In this document: positions 58,542-64,000 of the stretch, piece by piece | Numbering within the stretch: position 1 is the first letter of the stretch | Layout: every line of letters starts with the position of its first letter | DNA from: a virus | Direction: 5' to 3' (one strand) | DNA length: 64,000 nt | IMG/VR virus record: IMGVR_UViG_3300047284_000378 | Notes under the pieces: generated by a model | Databases searched by the model: none | Told to the model about the DNA's origin: nothing | What the model saw: only the letters and a program-made list of their open reading frames with translations | Made by a program: the position numbers and the translations under genes

Positions 58542-58796
58542 ATGGCTCGTAATTACAGGGATTATTCCTATTTTGAAAACCGCCCGGACGTTGTAAAAGT
58601 TTGGGATGATCTAGAAGCCTATCTCGACTACTGTCGATTCGAACTCTGTGAGTTCAACCCCGCAGATCTTTATCGTAAGGATTCTGCTAACTATCAGGCT
58701 TACCTAAACAGTAAGCGACCAAGAAGACCTTACCAAGGTAATAAACCACGTTGGGATAACAACGGAAGACGTAATGGCCAAAATTTTTCTCGTTGA
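58542..58796 (+). CDS. Hypothetical protein
   Basis: Start reassigned to ATG 58542 (SD AAGGA). Confidence 0.7.
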   Translation: MARNYRDYSYFENRPDVVKVWDDLEAYLDYCRFELCEFNPADLYRKDSANYQAYLNSKRPRRPYQGNKPRWDNNGRRNGQNFSR

Positions 58797-59874
58797 TCTA
58801 GAGGCCGTTGAGACAAGGTATACAGGCCAGTGGAAAACCCACTTGCCTGACCTTTTACGAAAGAGAGGTCACAATGTTCAAGTTATATCTGGCCCTACGG
58901 ATATTCCTAGTGCAACCACTCCTGGCGCTTTTCTTAATTTTGGCGGCACCAATATATATAAGTCTAGCCAAGTTGAGCAAATGGGCCGGTTGTTTTGCTC
59001 CGGATCAGTGGCTCCTGGTGATCACTTTATCTTTACTGATGCTTGGCACCCTGGTATCATAAATCTAAAGTATATGAGTGAGCTACTAGGTATTCCTGTT
59101 GTTACTCATGGATTATGGCATGCTGGCAGCTATGATCCACAGGACTTCTTAGGTCGCCTTGTTGGTAATAAGCCTTGGGTCAGACATGCAGAGAAAAGTT
59201 TTTTTGCAGCATTTGATCATAACTACTTTGCTACTAAATTCCATATTAGGATGTTTGTTGAAAATCTATTAAACGATTTTCCTACAGAGAATCCTTGGCT
59301 GTACGAAGATATGGAAGAAATCTTAGACGGACAATGGCCTAATATCATTAGGAGTGGATGGCCGATGGAATATATGCCAGACACTTTGGCCATGTATAAG
59401 AACATGCCAAAGAAGAATCTCATACTCTTTCCTCATCGTCTTGCTCCAGAGAAACAACTAGATATCTTCTTGGATCTCAAAGAACACTTACCACAATATG
59501 AATTCAAGGTCTGTCAAGAATATCCACTAACTAAAAATGAATACCATAATATGTTAGGTGAAGCAAAACTTGTGTTTAGTGCCAACCTACAAGAAACACT
59601 GGGTATTAGTTGGTACGAAGGTGCCTTAGTCGATGCTATTCCGATGATTCCCGACAGACTCAGCTATTCAGAAATGGCTCTTGATACATTCACTTATCCC
59701 AGCGAATGGACCGAATCATTTGAATCTTATACTGTATATAGAAAAGATATTTGCTATAAAATTATCCAGTATATGGAAAATTATGAAAAATTCTTGCCAA
59801 GCCTAAATAAACAGGTAGATATATTAGCTAAGAATTTCTTTAGTTGCGATAATCTACTAGAAATGTTAAAATAA
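58774..59874 (+). CDS. GT-B (GT4-like) glycosyltransferase
   Basis: FPHRLAPEK and E-x7-E motif (QETLGISWYE). Confidence 0.8.
   Translation: MAKIFLVDLEAVETRYTGQWKTHLPDLLRKRGHNVQVISGPTDIPSATTPGAFLNFGGTNIYKSSQVEQMGRLFCSGSVAPGDHFIFTDAWHPGIINLKYMSELLGIPVVTHGLWHAGSYDPQDFLGRLVGNKPWVRHAEKSFFAAFDHNYFATKFHIRMFVENLLNDFPTENPWLYEDMEEILDGQWPNIIRSGWPMEYMPDTLAMYKNMPKKNLILFPHRLAPEKQLDIFLDLKEHLPQYEFKVCQEYPLTKNEYHNMLGEAKLVFSANLQETLGISWYEGALVDAIPMIPDRLSYSEMALDTFTYPSEWTESFESYTVYRKDICYKIIQYMENYEKFLPSLNKQVDILAKNFFSCDNLLEMLK
59844..59872 (+). promoter_or_regulatory. sigma70 promoter for folE and downstream genes
   Basis: TTGCGA(59844-49)-17nt-TG.TAAAAT(59867-72). Confidence 0.55.
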
Positions 59875-59909
59875 TATGTCATCCACGACTATAACTCGGA
59901 GAATAATCG

Positions 59910-60746
59910 ATGTCAGAAAAATTCAAACCCGATCCTGTTCTTAACGCAGGCATCGACAAAACATTCGTGAAAGACGAATACGAACCCCTAGGCAAACCAG
60001 TCTACATTAAAAAAGAAACAGCCTTAGATGCCATGGCCGGAGATGGTGGATATCAAGAAGCATACTTTGCAGATGTTATTCGCACTAAAATGAAACGTGA
60101 TAAAAAACGTTTCTGGGCAGGAGATAATATCAGTGACTACTTGCAGGAAGGCGATAAAGAACGACTAATCAACGAAGCAACAGAAGCATTTGAACTCGTG
60201 TTAGATCGTTTGTTAATCGACCGCGAAACAGATCCCAATAGTCAAGGCACAGCTCGACGATTGGCTAAAATGTATTTTAACGAAATAATGAGTGGTAGAT
60301 ATGACGAAGCCCCAGATTGCACAGCGTTCCCGAATGATTCGGAGGACCGTTACGAAGGTATGTTGGTTGTTCGCAGTGAGCTTCGCAGTATGTGTAGCCA
60401 TCATCATCAGCCCGTTAGTGGTGTTGCCTATATTGGCATTATTGCGGCTTCCAAGCTCATTGGGCTCAGTAAGTACACCCGTATCGCACAGTGGTGTGCA
60501 AGACGTGGAACTCTCCAGGAGGAACTTGCTAATGATATTGCTCGCGAGATCGCCAAGGCCACAGGAGCCACAGACGTAGGTGTTTATGTTCAAGCGGTTC
60601 ATGGCTGCTGCGAGAATCGCGGCATTATGGCGCATAGTTCGCTGACACAGACTACTGTGCTTAAAGGTGCGTTTAAAGATGATGCAGGAACGAAGAAAGA
60701 ATTCTTCGATAATATTAAACTACAGCAAGACTTTGCTCCGAGGTAA
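59910..60746 (+). CDS. folE: GTP cyclohydrolase I
   Basis: SMCSHHHQP, GLSKY.R, LQEEL, HGCCENRG. Confidence 0.95.
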   Translation: MSEKFKPDPVLNAGIDKTFVKDEYEPLGKPVYIKKETALDAMAGDGGYQEAYFADVIRTKMKRDKKRFWAGDNISDYLQEGDKERLINEATEAFELVLDRLLIDRETDPNSQGTARRLAKMYFNEIMSGRYDEAPDCTAFPNDSEDRYEGMLVVRSELRSMCSHHHQPVSGVAYIGIIAASKLIGLSKYTRIAQWCARRGTLQEELANDIAREIAKATGATDVGVYVQAVHGCCENRGIMAHSSLTQTTVLKGAFKDDAGTKKEFFDNIKLQQDFAPR

Positions 60747-60748
60747 TC

Positions 60749-61165
60749 ATGGCTATTTGGAAAATTACAAACTATCATAAGAAAAATGCTGTAGAACGTC
60801 AATTTTGGTCTAAGGACGGCATCACTGTAACCAAAGACGAAGGATTCCGTTGGGGTACTTGGACCTGCGAAAGCGATGAGAAGCCAGACATCGATCTAAC
60901 CAATTCCGAAGGATACGAAGTTTTGTTCGGAGACTATGATTGGGAAATGGAGGACATGAACGACGGTTGTTGGGTCGAGTGGACATTTCCAGACGATATG
61001 CCCGAAGAAGAACGAGAGCGTATCCAGGCACTTTGGGATGAAGACTGGTACGAAGGTATGGAAGGTGATGGTTGGTCTAACAACGACACCGAGCATTGGA
61101 TATACGGACCTATCCAACTAACTAATCAAGAAACAGGTGAAGAATTCATAGGAGAAGAGCAATGA
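60749..61165 (+). CDS. Acidic Trp-rich hypothetical protein
   Basis: ORF track. Confidence 0.7.
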   Translation: MAIWKITNYHKKNAVERQFWSKDGITVTKDEGFRWGTWTCESDEKPDIDLTNSEGYEVLFGDYDWEMEDMNDGCWVEWTFPDDMPEEERERIQALWDEDWYEGMEGDGWSNNDTEHWIYGPIQLTNQETGEEFIGEEQ

Positions 61166-61365
61166 GAAAACAATTAATCGAAGCGTCAAAACAGCATTAC
61201 CTAGCACACATCGAAAAGCATCGTATCAATGTAGAGGTTATTCTTAACAATCCTACAGCCATTGCCGAACACAGCGACATTATGGATGCCATCGAAAAAG
61301 AAGTTGCTCAGATCGCCGAATATCATGACAAACTAGAAGTAATGAACACATACTTCAAGGAATAA
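61162..61365 (+). CDS. Hypothetical protein
   Basis: ORF track. Confidence 0.7.
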   Translation: MRKQLIEASKQHYLAHIEKHRINVEVILNNPTAIAEHSDIMDAIEKEVAQIAEYHDKLEVMNTYFKE

Positions 61366-61368
61366 TCT

Positions 61369-61584
61369 ATGAACTCCGTTGACATGGCCAACGATCTAAT
61401 CAATCGTGCTAAGAATCTAAAGAAGTTTGAAGTAAAACGCATGCTAGAAGATGGCATTCTATTTAACGGACCTGTGCCGTTTGATATCAAAGGCCGAGAC
61501 GATTGTTATTGGATCTACGCTTATGCTGTCACACAAGAAGAAGCAGAAGCACAAGTTGACGCTTGGTTAAGCAATCGAACATGA
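61369..61584 (+). CDS. Hypothetical protein
   Basis: ORF track with SD. Confidence 0.65.
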   Translation: MNSVDMANDLINRAKNLKKFEVKRMLEDGILFNGPVPFDIKGRDDCYWIYAYAVTQEEAEAQVDAWLSNRT

Positions 61585-62018
61585 CGAAACCATTGCTAGA
61601 CCAACTGATGGTGCAACAGCAGTTGCCGGCTTCTGATAGAAGAGAGTGGGCTTGGCAACACATGGTGGCTGTCATTATGTTGAATCAAACTGGGAGAAGA
61701 GCAGTCAAATATGTGCTGCCTTTGTTCTTAGATCGTTGGCCAGGTCCCGGTGAGTTCCTGTGGGCTACAGAAGATGAAGTCAAAGAAGTTATTTGGCCTT
61801 TGGGTATGTATAACACTCGTTTCAAACGACTGAAAAGAATGACCGCAGATTTCTTGACTTGGGACGGAAATGATGCTACAATGTTATATGGCATTGGCAA
61901 ATATGGTTCAGATAGTTATGAAATTTTTTTCAAACAAAACTACACCGTTGAGCCTACAGATAAAGAACTAAAACGATACCTCGCAGAGGAGATTTTTAAT
62001 GTTGTTGAAACTGCTTGA
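61581..62018 (+). CDS. HhH-GPD DNA glycosylase, MBD4-like
   Basis: VAVIMLNQT, PLGMYNTR, LYGIGKYGSDSYEIF (MBD4: LHGIGKYGNDSYRIF). Confidence 0.8.
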   Translation: MTKPLLDQLMVQQQLPASDRREWAWQHMVAVIMLNQTGRRAVKYVLPLFLDRWPGPGEFLWATEDEVKEVIWPLGMYNTRFKRLKRMTADFLTWDGNDATMLYGIGKYGSDSYEIFFKQNYTVEPTDKELKRYLAEEIFNVVETA

Positions 62019-62469
62019 ACGACTAGGCCGTAAGCGTATCATCTATGATCGCGTACACAACGAACCGTATCTAGAACGGTATTATCTCTTTTTAAAAGAA
62101 AGAGAACGTTTTCCTTTCAATGTATTCTTACATAAGTTTCTTAAAGGCGATCCGGACGATGTTCATGATCATCCTTGGCCCTATGCCACATTGATCTTGA
62201 AAGGTGGTTATTATGAATGGATTCCGCAGTTTGACACAGACGGTCGTAAAACATGTGAAATACGTAAATGGAGAGGACCCGGCCATTTTCGTATATGTAG
62301 CCCTAGCTCTTATCATCGTATTGAGCTTAAGCCTGGCGTAACAGCATGGACATTGTTTATGCCAGGCCCTCATAAACGAGAGTGGGGTTTTCTTGTCAAT
62401 AATAAATGGGTACAACACGAGCAGTACCTAAAGGAGAGATATGAACAAGCTCATAATAAACCAGCATGA
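61999..62469 (+). CDS. Cupin-fold metal-binding protein
   Basis: HDHPW...E...HRIEL cupin motifs. Confidence 0.7.
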   Translation: MLLKLLERLGRKRIIYDRVHNEPYLERYYLFLKERERFPFNVFLHKFLKGDPDDVHDHPWPYATLILKGGYYEWIPQFDTDGRKTCEIRKWRGPGHFRICSPSSYHRIELKPGVTAWTLFMPGPHKREWGFLVNNKWVQHEQYLKERYEQAHNKPA

Positions 62470-63025
62470 ACTAATTGGACTCGTAGCTAAAATTTGTAGA
62501 GATGTCGTATTAAGTGGTTGGCGACCCGACTATATTGTAGGAATCACCCGAGGAGGGTTGGTTCCTGCTGTCATGATTAGTCAATACTTAAAGGTGCCTA
62601 TGTGGACTCTTAATGTCAGTCTTAGAGATGGCACAGAAGGTGAAAGCAATCTTTGGATGGCTGAAGACGCTCTAGGTCCAAATTCTAAAGAACGATTTGT
62701 TGACGATGCAGACGATGTGGCAGGAGTATTACAGGCCGCTAGCGATCTTTTAGAAGCAGGAACTTATAAAGAGATTCTTATAGTAGACGATATCAACGAT
62801 ACCGGTGCTACATTTAACTGGATCATGAACGACTGGAGATCCTCTTGTTTTCCCAACGACGACTCCTGGGAAGAGGTATGGAACAATAATGTAAAATTTG
62901 CTGTCGTAGTTGATAATCTTGCCAGCGACTGTGCTGTTAAAATGGATTATGTAGGCAAGGAAATCAACAAGGCAGAAAACGATGTTTGGGTAGATTTCCC
63001 ATGGGAAGATTGGTGGACAAAATGA
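62441..63025 (+). CDS. Type I (purine) phosphoribosyltransferase
   Basis: VGITRGGL, ILIVDDINDTGATF (PRPP loop), FPWE. Confidence 0.85.
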   Translation: MNKLIINQHELIGLVAKICRDVVLSGWRPDYIVGITRGGLVPAVMISQYLKVPMWTLNVSLRDGTEGESNLWMAEDALGPNSKERFVDDADDVAGVLQAASDLLEAGTYKEILIVDDINDTGATFNWIMNDWRSSCFPNDDSWEEVWNNNVKFAVVVDNLASDCAVKMDYVGKEINKAENDVWVDFPWEDWWTK

Positions 63026-63405
63026 TTAAAGTGATGCAAGAACAGCCTAACGACATCGACGATTCTAAGGCTCCCTGGACTGAGTTAGTTGAAGAAGATT
63101 ATCATGTTAAGGTATTCCAAGACAAGTATCCTGTAACAGAAGGTCACTTGTTGTTCGTGCCTAAATATAATACCGTTCATGTACTAATGGATGCTATAGA
63201 AGATGCTGTTAGATGCGGACTTCAAAAGGTCGAAAACAAAGAGTGGGACGGCTTTAATCTAGGTATTAATATAGGCGAAGCAGCAGGACAAACAGTAGGA
63301 TGGCCACATGTACATTTGATACCTAGAAGGAAGGGAGACATGCAAGATCCGACAGGCGGTGTTAGACATGTTATACCCGAAAAAGGCAATTATAGAAAAT
63401 GGTAA
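63022..63405 (+). CDS. HIT-family nucleotide hydrolase
   Basis: GHLLFVPK, GFNLGIN.GEAAGQTV, PHVHLIPRR (first triad His absent). Confidence 0.85.
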   Translation: MIKVMQEQPNDIDDSKAPWTELVEEDYHVKVFQDKYPVTEGHLLFVPKYNTVHVLMDAIEDAVRCGLQKVENKEWDGFNLGINIGEAAGQTVGWPHVHLIPRRKGDMQDPTGGVRHVIPEKGNYRKW

Positions 63406-64000
63406 TGAAAAAAAGAACGTTATTCATCGGAGACAGTCACACCATGGGATATATGTCTACTCCTAATAAAAAAGGAGTAGGCAGCTTCAGTCAATGGCAG
63501 GAAAATAATTATGCCGAAATTTACAGTCAAATCAATGATAAGCCTGTGATAGTTTATGCATTATCAGGAGCTTCAAATAGATTATACACCGATTGGCTCA
63601 AAGCCATGTTTGAAAAATATAACGACATAGATGAAGTGTTTATATGTCTATCTTCCTTTAATCGGTTTATAATTGCATTAGATGATTTAAGCAACGAAGA
63701 AGCATTACCAGTTGATTGGTTTCAATACCAACTAGAAACTTCCACAGATCAAATACATCGATACATGGATATCATAGTCAGAGATAAAACCATGCAACTT
63801 TTAAATAAATCTATTTTTTCAGACTACGATAATTTTCCAGGAATAGAATTTAGTGGTGAAGACGGACTGATAACTCCAAATATCAGAAAACATACCTACA
63901 TGCAGGTAAAATTATTTTTCGAACTGAACACATTTGTAGAAAAAAGAGAATTTTTAAACAGTGTGTATACATGGGATAATATTTGCCATGATAACAAAGC
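63405..64000 (+). CDS. SGNH/GDSL-like protein, runs off the right edge
   Basis: Not in track; MKKRTLFIGDSHTMGY...ALSGASN, open to window end. Confidence 0.55.
   Translation, partial: MKKRTLFIGDSHTMGYMSTPNKKGVGSFSQWQENNYAEIYSQINDKPVIVYALSGASNRLYTDWLKAMFEKYNDIDEVFICLSSFNRFIIALDDLSNEEALPVDWFQYQLETSTDQIHRYMDIIVRDKTMQLLNKSIFSDYDNFPGIEFSGEDGLITPNIRKHTYMQVKLFFELNTFVEKREFLNSVYTWDNICHDNK

Noticed and set aside
865-62418. Many antisense or alternate-frame ORFs in the track (e.g. 865-1284, 1410-1871, 21276-22094, 37566-37940, 46715-47419, 60213-60635)
   Set aside because: They lie wholly within well-supported genes, lack SD or promoter signals and recognisable motifs, and are explained as shadows of the coding strand.
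1-64000. CRISPR array or long DNA tandem repeats
   Set aside because: No regularly spaced identical repeats seen by eye; repeats in the tail genes are at protein level with divergent codons. A repeat finder was not run.
1-64000. Stop-codon reassignment as in some large phages
   Set aside because: Conserved genes are full length in the standard code and end at TAA, TGA or TAG; coding density is already near complete.

Overview
This window is 64 kb of a large T4-like (myovirus-type) dsDNA bacteriophage genome, not a cellular chromosome. It is densely coding, almost all on the + strand, and uses the standard genetic code. It carries consensus sigma70 promoters (TTGACA-17-TATAAT) and a recurrent T4-like late promoter core (TAAATA). 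A spanin-type lysis cassette and proteobacterial-type IscU/IscA/ErpA/FdxA suggest a Gram-negative host (inference). Modules, left to right: (1) a partial adenylate-forming enzyme divergent from an oversized 111-nt tRNA-Leu-like RNA, then Hc1 and ThyX; (2) QueD flanked by sugar-transfer enzymes and preceded by a preQ1-I-like leader; (3) UvsE, SOD, HNH, IscU, IscA; (4) a baseplate/tail module with a 2468-aa protein and an S8 protease; (5) a DnaE fragment, GroES, clamp loader, ferredoxin, PhoH; (6) a GH19 lysis cassette; (7) DnaJ-PDF-ClpA; (8) probable internal head polyproteins; (9) PolB and sliding clamp, followed by a 7-deazaguanine DNA-modification operon (DpdA-like transglycosylase, DpdL-motif T-fold protein, GT-B glycosyltransferase, FolE, MBD4-like glycosylase, cupin, PRTase, HIT). 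The best candidates for new biology are the extended deazaguanine hypermodification system, its possible riboswitch control, and the anticodon-less tRNA-like RNA. All calls come from motif recognition by eye; no searches or folding programs were run.
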